Assembly: GCF_001447785.1 (NCBI RefSeq)
Contig: NW_015175982.1
Coordinates: 453,980 to 517,979, forward strand
From: Gekko japonicus
Taxonomy: Eukaryota
Direction: 5' to 3'
Length of the DNA stretch: 64,000 bases
The position numbers and the translations under genes are program-made. The notes beneath the pieces are model-generated. The model ran no database searches and was not told the origin of the DNA. It was given only the letters and a program-made list of their open reading frames with translations. This document shows positions 1 to 14,800 of the stretch, in pieces. Positions within the stretch are counted from its first letter, which is position 1. Every line of letters begins with the position of its first letter.

Positions 1-3000
1 GCACTGGTACACCCAAGGTTCTAAAACACTGTGATTTCCTAAAACTTTGAAAAAAGTTACATACACCCATACAACAAGGCTGGTGCCTAACCTTACATTA
101 GCATTCCAAAACTGGAGTGTCTAACTAAATGATCGATTTATACAAGTTGCATACAGAGGGATGGCAAGCTCATTCAAGATTGTAGGTTCCACTCCAAAAA
201 GGCATAAACTGAAAGTTATTTTTCAGCTTGCATACTTTTACTTTCATGGTAGAGGAGCATAGCATAATTTCATATAAGCAGATCACTTGCATGAACAGTT
301 TTCTTCAGGTTGACTGCTAGACATAATAATGATGAAACCAATTCTGCAGCAAAATTTCTAGATCTGATTATCAAGAGCTTCTGGACTAGAAATGCTGGGG
401 ATTACATCTAGGACCTTAAATACTGATGAAAAATTAAGATCCTTCTCACATGCTCTGCTCTTTCTTCTCCTATGTCTAAAGATAAGATTGCTACCACAGA
501 CAGGGCTTTTACAGTGGTAGCACCTCACCTGTGGAATGCACTCCCCTCTGAAACTCACACAGTGCCTACTCTACTCTCTTTTAGGTGCAAGGCTAAAACC
601 TTTCTTTTTAATCAGGCTTTTAACTAGGGGAATGAATCTTTCAATAGTTTTGCAACCTGCTTCTAGCCTTAAGAAGATAATTAAGGCTGCTTTTTTTTTC
701 TTGCTTTGGGTTTTTAATGTGATTCATCAGCAGAAATACTGAAGTTTATTCCTTGGACTGAAGAATCTGCATAAAGTAACAGCCACTCAGGTCAGGAGGC
801 TATTGTGGGGAGGGAGAAGGAAACAAAATAGTTTCCTATTGCCCCTTGTGTGAACAGAGGACCCTTAATGGAAGAAACAAGGTAGCAATTTTTTCTCATT
901 TCCCCCCTCCCACTGGAGCCTCCCAACCCCACATGGCTTTATCCCATATGGGTCCTATGACACCAGGAATAAGCTTTCCCAAGGTCAGAAATGGCTACTG
1001 GAGAGAAGGAAGAGCCAAGAAGATCAGCAATCCTTGCGCTGGATCCAACCCAGTGATTTAATCTTGTTTTACTTTGTGAACAACCCCAAGCAGGGCTCTG
1101 AAACGCTGGCATACAACTTTTCTAAACCAACTCTACTTAATATAGGCTCTGCAAGTTTTTTAAACACACATATCAAACAAAAGTTAATAATGGAAGATTG
1201 TGGGAGCAGGGACCAAAAATAATAATAGAAACTACGAAACCTGTACTGCCACTACACAGAGAACCAGGCAGGAATTATGGATCCACTACCGAGCAGGACA
1301 CACTAGAAGAACCCATAATAGACACATAGCTTCAACTTATGATGTAAATCCCAAGAGCACCCAAAATCTGTTTCGCAGACAGGCAAGCTAAGGACAGGTG
1401 AAGTCATACAATGTGATAGTAAATCTACTCCTACATTGACTGTTGGGGTATAGAGAAAGTTAACTGTCTCCATCTTGCAAGAGCTTAATCTCAGACCTAT
1501 CCTATTAATCATGAGCTATTCATCACTAATTGTCATTACTAACATTTAGTTAGTACTTATCTGATTGACCTTTTCACATACAATTGAACTAGAGCCAGTA
1601 CAATTAATCCATTACTTTAATGTGCTTCTACTTACTAGGAACCCATAATTCTCCTGTACTGGTCTTTAATTTCTTTTGTCTTGGGCCAGGCTTACTTGCA
1701 GAAGAGCTATAGCCACTGTTTTTCTCTTTTATGGATTAAACCCTGCATGAGAGTGCAACTAAAAAATGATGTCAGGACCCAACCCAATCCTTGTTGACTG
1801 CATTCCACTGGAAAGGGGGAGGTGACAATTTAAAGAGCATTGTGGGCCTGTAGGAACTGGACCCTTTCCCCCTTAAAACACTTTCAATTATTTTTTCCCC
1901 CAGCAGTGATTCTTACTGGATCTGCACCAGACAAAAGACAACTATAAGGAGGGGGGGCATGGTCAATTCCTTCTGCCCTTGATTCATTTGAAATACCATT
2001 CTTGCAACCTAACTGCTGCCCTGCTGGATCACACCCAAGGTCCAGCATCTTGTTTCACTCAGTGCCCAACAAGTTGCCCTGGAGGAACCATGAAGAGAGC
2101 ATAGGGACCATCTTCTCACAGATGTTGCCACTGAGCACTGATATTCAGAGATTTACTGCTTCTGATTGTGGAGGTTCCCTTTAATCACCATGTCTAGTAT
2201 CCACTGATAGGCCTCTCCTCCATGACTCTGTCCAATTCCCCTTTAAATCCATCTATGCTTGCGGCCATTCTCCTTTACAGGAATTCAGCAGCAAACCAAA
2301 ATCACCGTATGAGTCTGCTTCCATAACAGCCAGTTTGACTCTGAAAAAAACAAGGGAATTGTGGTTTTAAATGCAAAAGTGTTAGATTAAAGTTATAACC
2401 TTGGCAGAGAATGGGATTCGCTGAGATTAACAGTTTACCCAAACCAAATGTGTAATTCACAGCACAAGTTAAACAGGAGACTTGGAAGAGAAATTGGCCT
2501 GTACCTCAGCCACAAAAATTCCAGTTTGGGCAATGCAATGTTAAAGTGTTACAGCATGAGATTCACGACAAGACTGAGTCAAAAGACGGAGCGAATGATG
2601 GAATATTAGATCATCCTTTGGTAATCAGAAGAGAAAAATCAGTTTAAAGTTTTATTTAAACCATAAACCTGGGATGAATAGGAAGTAGATTAGTCTAAGA
2701 TTTCCATAGTTCCATAGAAAAAGTGCATTCCATGTGCCCACATTCAGATATCACAGTAAATGAAGCATCCATCAGAAGTGGAAGCAGAATACTTCACTTT
2801 TTTTTTTTAAGAAGGGAAGATCTTCGCTTATGTTCCACCAGTTCAATGTGTTACATCTCATACCTGTGCTCGGCATTAAACCTGTAGTACTCTCAGTGGT
2901 GATCAAGTGACTGTCTAGTCCTGGAATAATTTCTGAGCCATTTCTTCAGTAGCCATAATCCCAAAGCAACTCAAGCATCCTAGGGTCCATTTAATAAACA

Positions 3001-5479
3001 TGTACACACACACACTTGTCATTCATACACTTCAGCCAGCACGGGTAGGAACCAAGCACCCAAGATTACATCAGCAAACACTTGCAATGAACTTCTAGAC
3101 TATGTATGCCTGCTTTCTCATCTATACAAGTGAACACCTGTTCCAAGCACTTCACAAACATCCCCTGTAAAACACCCCATCCCTATATACAGCTTTCTTC
3201 TGGAGAAAACAAAGACAAATGCACAAGTCTATCCCCTTCTCATTGTCCCTGGACATATGCACTCAGACCAAGAGGCTGGCATTGTAAGAAAGGGCACACC
3301 AGACCCCATTCTCAAACTGGTTCTCAACACTCAGGCTGGAAAAATGTAGAGAACTTCACTGTGCCTATAAGAAAGCTATAGTGCCCCTAAATATACAACT
3401 AAACACCAGTGTTTCAGCAAAGTTTGGGAAGGAACAGGAGGGCTGTATTACAAAGCAGATGTACAAGCATTCCCCAGTCTTCTACTCCAGCACTGTGCAA
3501 CAAGAATTGCATGGATGGTCACATGCATACTTCATTCTGCAATTACACTCATCACACCTCAGGGTTATGCTGCTTGTTCATATATGCGGCTTTCCTTCTC
3601 CAGCGAGCATTTATAGGATGAAATACTGGTTTGTCCACGAATATACAAAATAGATTTTATTGGAACATATATAATGGATTTCAAAAATTAAGATAAAGCA
3701 GAGGATATAGCTTTCTGCCTGTGGCACAGTAAAATAATGAGAGTGAGGAAAAAGAGGAATTGCTATGACAAGCAGTCATATCACGGTGGCGCCCAATATT
3801 TTCAGCAATGATTTTATTGTAGCATCTGTCAGCAAATCTCAGAGGCTATATAAAGAGTTTGAATCTACAAAGAGGTAAGGTTTAGGTTTTGTGGTAACAA
3901 TAATTAGAAAATACAGTCATTAGAACAGCTGAAAAATGAGACTGGCTCCTAAATTTTTGGACTGGTTCCTAGAGGTAGAGAAAATTTGTCATGGTCTGTG
4001 TTAAGATGTAGAAGATGGCGACAGCCTGCTTGAAAGTGGTTTTACCTGATAGCTACATGAAGCAAGAGATTTGATTATGGCTTTTCCCATTCTGTACATT
4101 AAGAAATGAGATGGAAAGGCTATTATAGGTGGGCGAAAGATACTTCAGAGTACACCGTAGAGAAATCATTGTTCCTCCTGCATCAAGTTCTTTTTTCCCA
4201 TGAATCTGCTGAGACAGTCAACAGTGACACTGCTAATTAGGACACACAAAAGCTGCATTTGTGCACACTGCTGCTTAACAAGACTGTTTTTCAGCCAGGT
4301 AACAAGCAGTGCTCAAGCCCCACTTTTTTATGTGGAAAGAAGCAAAGCTACAGTTCTAAATATTATTCCTATACAGCAGGGCACACAAGGTCATTCCTGC
4401 AGACACATTCAGTGTTGCTAATGTCTACCTTTGTAGTGTAAACAGAGCTGAAAGCAACAAACATTTTCACTTAATTGAATGGACAAGAATGCACACTCCA
4501 GTTGAAAGCTTTCCAAAAACCAAGTTTTCAAAGTGTGCACTGGAGTGCCAAAAATGCAATACGATGCAAGACAGATTGTGTAAAGAAATATTTATGAATA
4601 CAAGAGAACCTGAAAGCCTTCTGAAGCCAGGGTTGAAGCCTCGCCCTGCTCAGGAACAACTGGCAGATATGACAAACTCCCATTATATCATGACAGAAGA
4701 AAAAGGGGTGTCTGGGACTGTTTAGCAAGATGCAGGAAGAGGGAAGTACCTAACCTGTGGCATCTAACCAACAGAACTGCACACTGTTTATGTAACTGGG
4801 CATAGAAGGTACACCCACCTGGTACACCCATAGAATAACTACTCTGAAAATGCACTTAAAGAGTCATGTTTCCAACATTCCTTCCCCTCCCAGACTCATT
4901 AAGGAGAGTGCCACACAAAAAGAGAAAAGGGATGGTGAAATACACACAAGAAAAGGTAGGCTGCCAAGAAGGAGCGGGACAAATATTGAAATATAAGGTA
5001 GCACAGATGCAACATTGAGTATAGCAAGTTTAATCAGTTTAATTCCTTGATGTATTAAGTCATCAAGGAATTCTGTAATCCATCATTTACACTTTTCTAC
5101 ACCTGCAAAAAATGGTAAAGATATTAGTTATTATGTAAAGAAATACCTGCAAGTAAAAACCACAATAACTAATAGCAGACATTAAGAAACCAGACTCCAA
5201 ACCAGACAAAATGAGGTGCAAAGGACATCAATTCCTGAACACTGGCACAACAAAATGGTGGGCATCTTAGAAGCCATAAGCAGATGTATAAAGTATACTA
5301 ACAAATATGAAGGCCACGAACACATTTTGAAGGAACTAGATATCAATGATTCACAACAAAAAATTATTTTCTATCTGGAGCAAATACTGGAAGAGAAAGT
5401 GTTTTGCCAACTATGTTGATGTTAGGACTTTTTATTTCATTTGAAGGAGATGGTGTAAAGTTCTACAGCACTCCCCAAA

Positions 5480-5750
5480 ATGTGTGTGCATGCTAATGTC
5501 AAGTCACTCCTGGCTCATGGCGACCCAATGAAACAATGTCTTCCAAAATGTCCTATCATTAACAGCCATCACATGTTGGGTCTTCCTCTTTTCATGTTGC
5601 CTTCAATTTTTCTTAGCATTACTGTCTTTTCCGGTGACTGTCTTCTCATAATGTGACAAAAGTATGATAGCCTCAGTTTAGTGATTTTAGCTTCTGGGGA
5701 GAGTTCAGGCTTCATTTGATCTAGAACCCACTTAGTTGTCTTTTTGGCTT
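5480..5750 (-). mobile_element. RTE-clade LINE 3' fragment
   Basis: KITKLRLSYFCHIMRR...EKTVML.KIEG..KRGRP. Confidence 0.8.
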
Positions 5751-6784
5751 CTAAAAGGAATACCAGAGTGTAGATCAGCCATGGAGAACACTGTTCTACA
5801 GAGCACTGGTGTTTATGCTTCATGCTGATATTCTAAGGACACAAAGCTTTTAATACTTGGTAGTAAAGTTAATAAAAGCTGTGCACTAGAAGTACTCCTG
5901 CAATGAAGAATATTGTGAGCCTTTGGACAGGACCCCGCACCCCCACCCAAATTTACAAACAGTTGTTATGAAAATGACCCTCCTGTTCCTGCCTCTATTA
6001 ATCTGACTGAGGGCAATAACTTGCAAAGGCAATGATGCTTTGATCATCTAAGCACACAGAGAATGGAATGGAGTAGGAGTATGGGTACGAAGAGGGGCAG
6101 TATCTGGAATGCACTGCAGAGAGGAAACAGGCCTCACAAAAAGGCAAGGCAGAAGAGTCAGGGAAGCTCAATACAACTGGGAATGGAAATTTAAAAGGCA
6201 AGGATAGCAACACAACTGTTAACTGGTTTTATATTTTTTCAGAGGAAGATGCTGACCAATAAGGTAAGGAATAACTAGACTTTTTAAGTTCAAGGTATCT
6301 GCATTCAATATTTGTGGTTTCCATGCAGAACTGCCGCCCTCCCTAGTGTTTTAGATCAGGAAGTGTGAAGCAGAAAGCATGGAATCATGAAGAGAAACAA
6401 GAAGAGTTTTAACTCTTCACTCTCAGACCACACTTCCTTCTTTATTCAAGGAAGCATGTTAAAAAAATATATATTAACATGCAAAAAACATACTGAAGCG
6501 GATGTCAATCAATTTCCTTTCAAGCAAAGTAAGTCATTTCTGTTGCTCATAGATACATAATACACAGCTTCACCGAGTTGCGTATGTGATCTGTGCAGGT
6601 AGGTTTTGAGATATAATACGTCACATCTCCCTTTAAGTAGCACTTTTGAGCAGCATGGAATGTTGACACTATGACACTTCTCTACACAAAAGATCACAAG
6701 GAAGATATTTGTTTTCAAGACTGCCATGAACAAAGCAAGTCAAGTCTCAGCTAACTCTCAGCTTATGGCCTTTTCCACAAACAT

Positions 6785-7220
6785 CTGTTGTTGTTGTTCA
6801 GTTGCACAGTCGAGTCCAACTCTTCACAACCCCATGGACCACATCACGCCAGGCCCTCCTGTCTTCCATCATGCTCCGGAGTCTGCTTACGGTAATTTCA
6901 TGTTCATTGTATCAATAACATTGTCTAACCATCCCATCCTTTGTCGTCCCCTTCTTCTTTTACCTTCAATCTTTCCCAGCATCTGGGACTTCTCCAGTGA
7001 GTGCTCTCTTCTCATTTGGTGGCCAAAGTATCTGAGCTTCAGCTTCAGGGTTGATTTCTTTTAGGATTGACTGATTTGATCTCCTTGCAGACCAAGGGAC
7101 TCCAGCCCCATAATTCAAAAGCATCTATTCTTCAGTGCTTGGCCTTCCTTATAGTTCAACTCTCACAGCCATACATTACTACTGGGAATACCATTGCTTT
7201 GACCATACGGACATCTGTAG
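6785..7220 (-). mobile_element. RTE-BovB LINE 3' fragment
   Basis: (caa)n tail; MVFPVVMYGCESWTI-type coding remnant; BovB-like 3' UTR. Confidence 0.85.
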
Positions 7221-10200
7221 GACTACCTTAACATAGCCTGTTTCTCACAAGTCTCCGAACATATACCTGTTGAAAGCCCCACAGCTGCTTTGATTGTTTA
7301 TACGAAAGCTACTTACACACAAGCTTAGATTGTGTATTTCAAATATAGATTTATTTACTTGCCTGCCTTTCTCACTAAACTCAACATGAATTCCAACCAT
7401 CAAGGTGACAAAGCCTTAACTATTACCTTACATGCTCTTGTACAAATCCACCTTCATTGGTTAGCTGTTATTACAAAAGCATTATAAACTAAATTATCTG
7501 AACAGAGACCACAATTTCTATATTCTGCACATCTAGGATCAAAGCAGACTACTGTAAAGGTGAGACTATTCCTTTACTTGCACTAGCACAAAGTTCTTTC
7601 CCAAAAGCATTAAAAGCTAATATGTTTATGACATTAATACATACTACAATGAAAAAAGCAAACAATGGCGGGGGACATACCTTCCCACACTAAGTCTTTT
7701 AAAAACACTTAAGCATTAGATAAATTGCAATTACTTTACATAAGAATTGAGATCTAAGAGCCTAAATAATGCTATTTATTACATTATACAGTTCAAATAA
7801 GACACAGCAATTATTCCAGACACTTTAGGAATTCTCACCTATACCAACAAAGAAAACACTACCCAAGGAATGTAATATCACACTACTGCCAAGGAACCTT
7901 AGCCAAGCCTCAGCCTTGCACCACCCTGCAGATGTTACCTCCGGTGAAAGGGTAGTATAAGGGCTGGTTTTACAATTTAACTGCTACCTTACTTCAAAGG
8001 CTTCTGCCATTCCATCCAGCATGCCCACAGAGCTGCCCTGTAATTTAACTAATCACACCAGCTTCATTTCCATGCATTTCCACCCTTCTTTCATGGGTTA
8101 TTCTTGTACCTGTGCCTACTTGCCTTTGGCATCTATTTTGAGGAACAACTTAGCATTTTGAGTGCATGCAGAGACATTTTTCTATATTCAGTGGAAATAA
8201 TACAAATATGAACACCTAAAGCAGCATCCCAAACAAGCAGACTGCAACCACCAACAATATGTATATATATTTTAAGTTTCAAACTCTTGAAGGATTAAAA
8301 TACACTCCTCAAGAAAGTGATTGCTACCGGTACAATGCACTGTATATGAAGGAGAGTAATCAGTTTTCAATGCACTGCTGTTACATTCAGCTGGATGATC
8401 TCTTCTGTTTTATCAGGGAGGGGGACAGAATACATCTCTCTCTCTAGTGTACCAGGCCCTTCCATACTGATGCTAACTGTCACTGCTCATCTCTCAAACC
8501 CTTGTGAAGGCCAAGTATTAAAGCCATTCTTCCCAAAGATTGAACTATCTAACTTTACTCTTTAAGCACATTAACCACAATTTCCCCACCAAGATACAGG
8601 TGGCAAATTATTTAGAATCCCATGTAGATATTACAGTGCATTATAGAGATATGCCTAAAGGGTTTTTTAAATTACACAGCATTTAGCTAAATCAAGCACA
8701 GTGCCAACAATACTATATATACATTATCTACTGAAGACTGCCCCTTCAATTTCTACTATGATAAAACTATATCATTTCTCAAACTGCAACCGTGTTGTTC
8801 TCTACTGAGGTTCTCTGAACAACTCAGTCTATTGCCAGTTATACACTGTGGTAACAGGAATACATTAAATGTTGAAAGGTGAAGAACAAAGACAGCATTA
8901 GCTCTTTTCAGCATTAGTCAATTAGCCCAAATTTGAATCAAGGTATGCTAGAAAATTCCACAAGTACAATGATGATGATCAGCTGACTAGAAATTTAAAA
9001 AAGAGAATAAACTGAGGTGATATCAACTAACATTCCACACTTAAAAGTTCAGTAAATGCCACACATCACTTGCACCAAAGACTGCAGTCAAGAAAATATT
9101 ACGCTGTACATTATAGGGAGAACATTATTTATAAACCTGCAAACAGAAGACAGAACATTCTTGCACAGGAGACCAACGCAACTCAACTATATCTTTGCAA
9201 CAGAAGCAATATGAATTAACAGGCCATACACTGTCATTTTAACAGGCTTGTCATTTTTTTGGTTGTGGACCAAACTACAAAAACCACCTATAAGCAGTTT
9301 CAGGAGTTCAAAACAAGTGATAAATTCACATTTCACAAAAGTGTTTTTTACAAAGATCTTACAGCACAGATTCTACAGGGCTAAACTAATCTGGCATGAT
9401 TATTGGACCGTAAATACTCACTCCACTACCTATACTTGCTGAGATGCTCAGCTCCCTGCCTCCAGAACAAATAATCTGTTTCTGCCCTAAGTAAGCTGTT
9501 CTAGGCAAGCTCTATAATGTTTTTATTAATGCTCTCTTCCCTATTGCACAGTGTGTGAAAAAGGTTGGGAAGGGAATTTGCCTCACCTTGCACTTTACAG
9601 GATAATGGCACCATTCTGATCAAAGTGTGAACTAGCCCTCTCAGTCAGGGTCACCATCCAATGTTAACATTAGATCAATTCCAGCTGAGATCTGCATGGC
9701 AACTATTTGGATGTCAACCAGGGATGCAGATGGGCAAGAGATTCTGACATTTGCTAATGTAAAATCCATATTAGCCCAATGATTTTTTTCCAGTTTAAAC
9801 ACAGGAAGTGACTAAATTAAAGTGAGTAACCTCTTCACTGCTCAGGTGTTAACAGAGTAGGCACCTGCATTTAGGTCCATTATCACCAACTTCAGTGAAA
9901 CTAGATTTGCTTATCTAGTACAGCTTGACCCCTAAAACATCAAATCATAGTGTATTCCTAAACCTCTGCAATTACAGTTTACTTCAACTAAAAAGATTAC
10001 TGAAAATACATTCCCCAGTTTTGTCACATAGATTAGGATGAAATTTATCAGAATGTGCCCAATAATTCAAGAAGTTCAACAATGGAAGAGTTGGAACAAA
10101 ACCTTTGCAACCTGCAAAAGGAGATTAGCAAAAATTAAAGCAATTACCTTCTGTTGTTGTCGTTTTTTCCTTCTCTGTAAAAAGTCTATAAAAGCTTATT

Positions 10201-10836
10201 AAAGTATGCAAACGGTCTTCATACAAGTGCCCTTCCTTGGGCTAGAATAAAGAGGTTGGCAAATGGAAAAAAAAAGGTCGCTGACAGGATAGGAATGTAA
10301 AAGAGGCCACTAGCGCCTACTTAAAAAAAAAAAAAAAAAGTGCTGGCCTGTATTCCTGTGGTTCCTCCAACCAGCCTAAACACACACACACTGGCCTCTT
10401 TGGAGTAGTTTCAAACCAGCACGTTAGAGGCAACCAGGAGACAGAGATGTTGCCTGGCTGCTTGCTCCAGAAAGATCCCGCTGTTCAGCCTGAATGGCAC
10501 CAAGCAATTGCTGGGCTTGTATGGGGGGAGGGGGGGGGTTTGGGTTGGTAACTGCTGTTGCGGCGGCGGGCACAAAACCAAGGGGACGCGGGGATGAATA
10601 TCCGTTCTGCCTGCAGAACGGCTTGATTGGCGCTTGGCACCAAATGGCTAGCGAGAGGGTGAGCCTCGGTGCGGCCACTTCGTCGTCCACTCCCAACGAC
10701 TCCGGCGAACACAAAGAACTCCCCGAACGGGTTCGTCGCTCCTTCTTCGTGCAAACAGGCGCTCCGCCTGCCTTTCTCGCTCGCACAAGTTAAGGAGCAG
10801 AGCAGCGCGACCCCTGAACAAGTTCTGAAGCGCCTC

Positions 10837-10838
<2 letters not shown>

Positions 10839-10872
<34 letters not shown>
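10839..10872. repeat. (CA)n microsatellite
   Basis: Directly visible. Confidence 0.95.
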
Positions 10873-10875
<3 letters not shown>

Positions 10876-11160
10876 CATTCAGCACAGCGGTCGTAGACTG
10901 AATGGTCGCGCTTTTCTCACACATACGTAGACGTGTAACCCTCCCACTCGGGGCGAAACCACAAAGCGGCGGCTACACAGCTCGGTCCTGCCTCCAGCAA
11001 AATGGGATGGAACAACCCAGAGCCAGGGTACTCATCGAGGCGAGGGACCCATGGCTGGCCTAAGCGTTGCCTCCGCGGGGAAGGAGGGCGGGCGAGCGAC
11101 CAGCGGCAAGCGAGGCAGCCGACGAAGGAGCCCCCCCCCCGCGCGCCCACTCCGACTCAC

Positions 11161-11206
11161 CCAGAATCAGCAAGACCCGGACCGCCCGCGCCACCTCCAC
11201 GGCCAT
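11161..11206 (-). CDS. Putative first coding exon (MAVEVARAVRVLLIL+G, phase 1), signal-peptide-like; could be a uORF
   Basis: ATG in good context (gagATGG), open frame to the consensus donor. No downstream coding exon recognised in the window. Confidence 0.4.
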
Positions 11207-11606
11207 CTCTGCTCGGTTGGCTCTCTCCCGCAGCGCCCGGCCACCTCCAGCGCCCGCTCCTCACTCCATGCTTCTTCCCACACGAATCTCTTCACCCGGG
11301 GCAGCCCAGCCGCCTAACCCATTCCCGCCCCGCCCCTCACACGCCCGGGACAAGGAGGAGCTTCCGGCCCCGAGCAACCTGCCTTCGCTGTGCAAGGCAA
11401 GCCGGAACCTCTTCGTCCCACCTATTTCTCCCCCTCGCTCTCCAAAGCGCCGGCCCGGCTGGCGAGCGACCCCTCCTGGATGCGGGGGGCGTTCTGAATG
11501 GGAATCCCAGGCGGGTTTTTTTATCTCACAGAGCGCACGCAGTGTAAAGGTTCTTCTTCAAGACTCTGTTCCTTTCCCGTGGGTCCAATGCAGGGTCTCT
11601 TCGCAA

Positions 11607-11846
11607 GGCTGTTTGGTGCTGTGGTTAGGAGCAGCGGGCTCTAATCTGGAGAACTGGGTTTGATTCTACTCTCCTCCACAAGAAGCCTGCTGGGTGACCT
11701 TGGGCCAGTCACAGTTCTCTCAGAGCTCTCTCCGCCGCACCTACCTCACAAGGTGCCTGTTGTGGGGAGAAGAAGGGAAGGCGATTGTAAGCCGCTCTGA
11801 GACTCCTTCGGGTAGTGAAAAGCAGGGTATAAAAACCAATTCTTCA
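11607..11846 (+). mobile_element. tRNA-derived SINE (Squam3-like); related copies near 13920-14143(-), 17965-18238(-), 47545-47815(-), 53730-53922(-) and 63170-63370(+)
   Basis: A/B-box tRNA-like head, gggtgaccttgggccagtcac core, L2-like 3' end. Confidence 0.8.
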
Positions 11847-14800
11847 GTTCCAGGCAGTCCAACTTGCTATGAACTAGTTGTTGGGAGCACCAGCCGCCAC
11901 ATAGAGTTGGCTCTTGGCACAGCGTTCTGAATGCCTGCGAAACTTGATTTGCCTGTGCATGCTGGAAGCTTTTCTGCCCGTGGGGCTGAATTCATAGGAC
12001 TGGCTCACCTAAAGCTGGAAGCCAACCGGCGTAGGCTTCCTTAGCGACCACCCTGTACCTATGTGTTTATGTGTGAATAGATAAAAGTGGTTGTGTTCTG
12101 TTTTCGTGAAATGCCCAACTTGCAACAGCTTTATTTCCACCATTGTATAGCTGCCAAAACGAGGTTGCGCAATTGGGGTAAATGTAGAGTGAGTGAGTTA
12201 CAAAGCTGGATTGCCGACTGCCAGTGGTGATGTAAATCACTCAACTGCTTTGCTGTGTGCAGCCAAACGCAGCCTCAGATGAACTGAAGGTACATACCTG
12301 CACCAACCTGGTGATGTAAGTTGGCCCAAAAGAATGGTAAAACTGGAAGCGGCAAGGATAAAGACTCCTTGGAAATATATCATGCACTCACTTGAACTAT
12401 TTGTTTCAGAGTGAACCTATTCCACCTCTTGCCAAGAAGTCTCATCCACCCCCAAAACTGCATATCTCCAAACAGAAACTTGGGGATGTCTGTGCTTGAT
12501 TTCCCCAAATGTCATATTCTTGATGGGGGAGAAAAGTACCTAACATATACCTATTCAGAGTTCTACTTAGGTCTATTCAGTGGGGTTTTCTCACAGGAAA
12601 GTGTCCCTAGGATTGCACTGTCAGTTTTCCTTTGTTTGTAGGTATCTTGGATACAACACATCAGGTTTTCCCCAGAATGAGGCTGAGGAGTCACCATTGT
12701 ATCTTTAAAGCAGACTAGCTCAGACCTTGAAAAGACGTTTGTCTCATGTCTGTGGGTAGAATGAACTGAAAGTAGCTTTCTAGGGAAGGAAACCATAAAC
12801 CCTCAGGGAAGTAATACAGAGGGTTTCATTTCCGGCCAGTCATCCTGATAAGTATCTTACCATGCCTTGAGACCCAACCCAAATACTGATAAGTAATAGT
12901 CTCCCTGTCCCATACTCTTTTATTTTAACCTGCCGGAAGTAAAAACTGGAAATACAAAATATGGTAAGGTGGTATCTTCTGTTGTACAAACTTCTGTTCT
13001 GCCTGATGAAGAGTGTGCAAAAGTAAAAATATGGCCATAATTAGATATTTTTATTTATTTACATTATTTATGGTCTGCCTATAGAATACATAGTGTAAGT
13101 CAAAAACAGTGTAATGGGATGAACTTTCACATGCCATAGGAAACTTTCTAGACCCTAAGGTGGCACAGTGGGGGGCATGTCCCCCCCCCTTTCTTGCTTA
13201 TTTTGTCTTGTGTATTCTTTGACATCAACAGGTCAACTTTCTATGAGCAGTATACTCAACCCATCCTAACATTTCAGTTGTGGTTACATTAATGTCACAC
13301 CAGCATGGCTGGATTTTAGTCTGTTAGAGAGACAAGGTATTGCTGTCTCCTACTTGAGGACATTTTACAAGGGGCTGCTAAAGCCATTAAAGAAACTAGT
13401 CTCCAAGCCCTGAGAAGTATTCCTCTCTCTGATCACTCACTGAGAAGATCAAAGGGCTCAGGGTCCTATTCCATTTCTTGATTGTCTCAAGCTGGGAACA
13501 GCAAGGCTAGTGACAACCCTATTTCCTTTACAGACTTGCAACTAGGGATGAGGCTATAAAGATTATAACCTTTGTTCATGTTCTCACAACATCCTTACTG
13601 TGTAGTAAATGGCCTTCCTTACCTCAGGGAATTCACATGCTGTTCAGGAAAATTGCAGGATGAAGAGTCATTTGCTGCAGTAATTTGTGAACAGTGGTAT
13701 ATTTCTTTTTCTGATATCAAGTTTGGGATATATTAAAGGGAATTTTATTCCCAGTAAAGGAATAAAACTCATGGGTAAAGATTTTAATTCTAACAGCCTT
13801 GTCTAGTAGTTGCCATTACCATCCACTGCTGAATATTAAGGAGGAATGGCTACTGTGTATAAAAAACTCCCAGCTGTGTGTACTAGTATTTTCAACGGTT
13901 CGGTTTAAAAACTCGTGAATATTTTATTTACTTCACTTATACCATACCCTTGTCCCCAGTAGAGACCCAAAGCATCTTACATTGTTTTGCTCTCCTCCAT
14001 TTCATCTTTATATCCACCCTGTGAGGTAAGTTAAGCTGAATGTATGTGACCATCGTCATCCAACAGGCTTCCATGGCAGAGTGGGTATTTGAACCTTGGT
14101 TTCTCAGATCCTAGTCTGACACTCTAACCACTATAGCACACTGATATTATTAACCAAATAAATTGTCAGACATTGCTTGTAATATTTTTATCCTGCCTTT
14201 CTCAAGCGTACGGGTAGCACATTAGAACAGTCATGTGCTTCCAAAACTGATTGATTTTGTGCTGCCTAAGGAAGAGAGGGAAAAGCAACTCCATACTCTC
14301 TTGCTGCAGCTTCAGAGCGATGGCTAAAAAGCTTTCCTCCATACTGTTGATGTTTTCACTCAGAGCTCAGGTCTGAAATGATGTATGTGGGCAGTGGGGG
14401 AGGCTCACAGAGTGAAAGGCAATATCCAGATACAGAATTCCTGGTTTGTGAAAGGTTCTGAAGTATGAACCATGGTTGTCCACTACCTTTAGGGAAAAAA
14501 TGTCCTGTCCCTTTAACATAGGTGTATTGCTATGTTATTTATCTCCATCCCATGAAAAGCTTCAGCTGCCCATTTCCACACATTAAAGTTCTATGAAAGG
14601 GAAAGACCATTTTTCTCCAGGCCTCTTGGCAACCCTAGTACCATCACTTTTATCATCTTTGGATGATCTGTAGTTCTGTCAGCTAGTCCTTGATCTCAGG
14701 TTATTTTTGCCCTCAGGTTATTTTTGCCCTCATAAAGTGGAATAGTTACCAAACAGTGTGGAATAGCCCCCTTTTTGTCTTGTGGTGCTTTTTTCCTCCC

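Larger units (their letters stand above)
10540..11550 (-). promoter_or_regulatory. CpG island, promoter of an unidentified minus-strand gene
   Basis: High CpG and GC density, several GC boxes (cccgccc), and a consensus minus-strand donor TGG|gtgagt at 11161/11160. Confidence 0.75.

Noticed and set aside
10424-11663. Long overlapping Pro/Arg-rich ORFs
   Set aside because: Typical stop-poor frames of a GC-rich CpG island.
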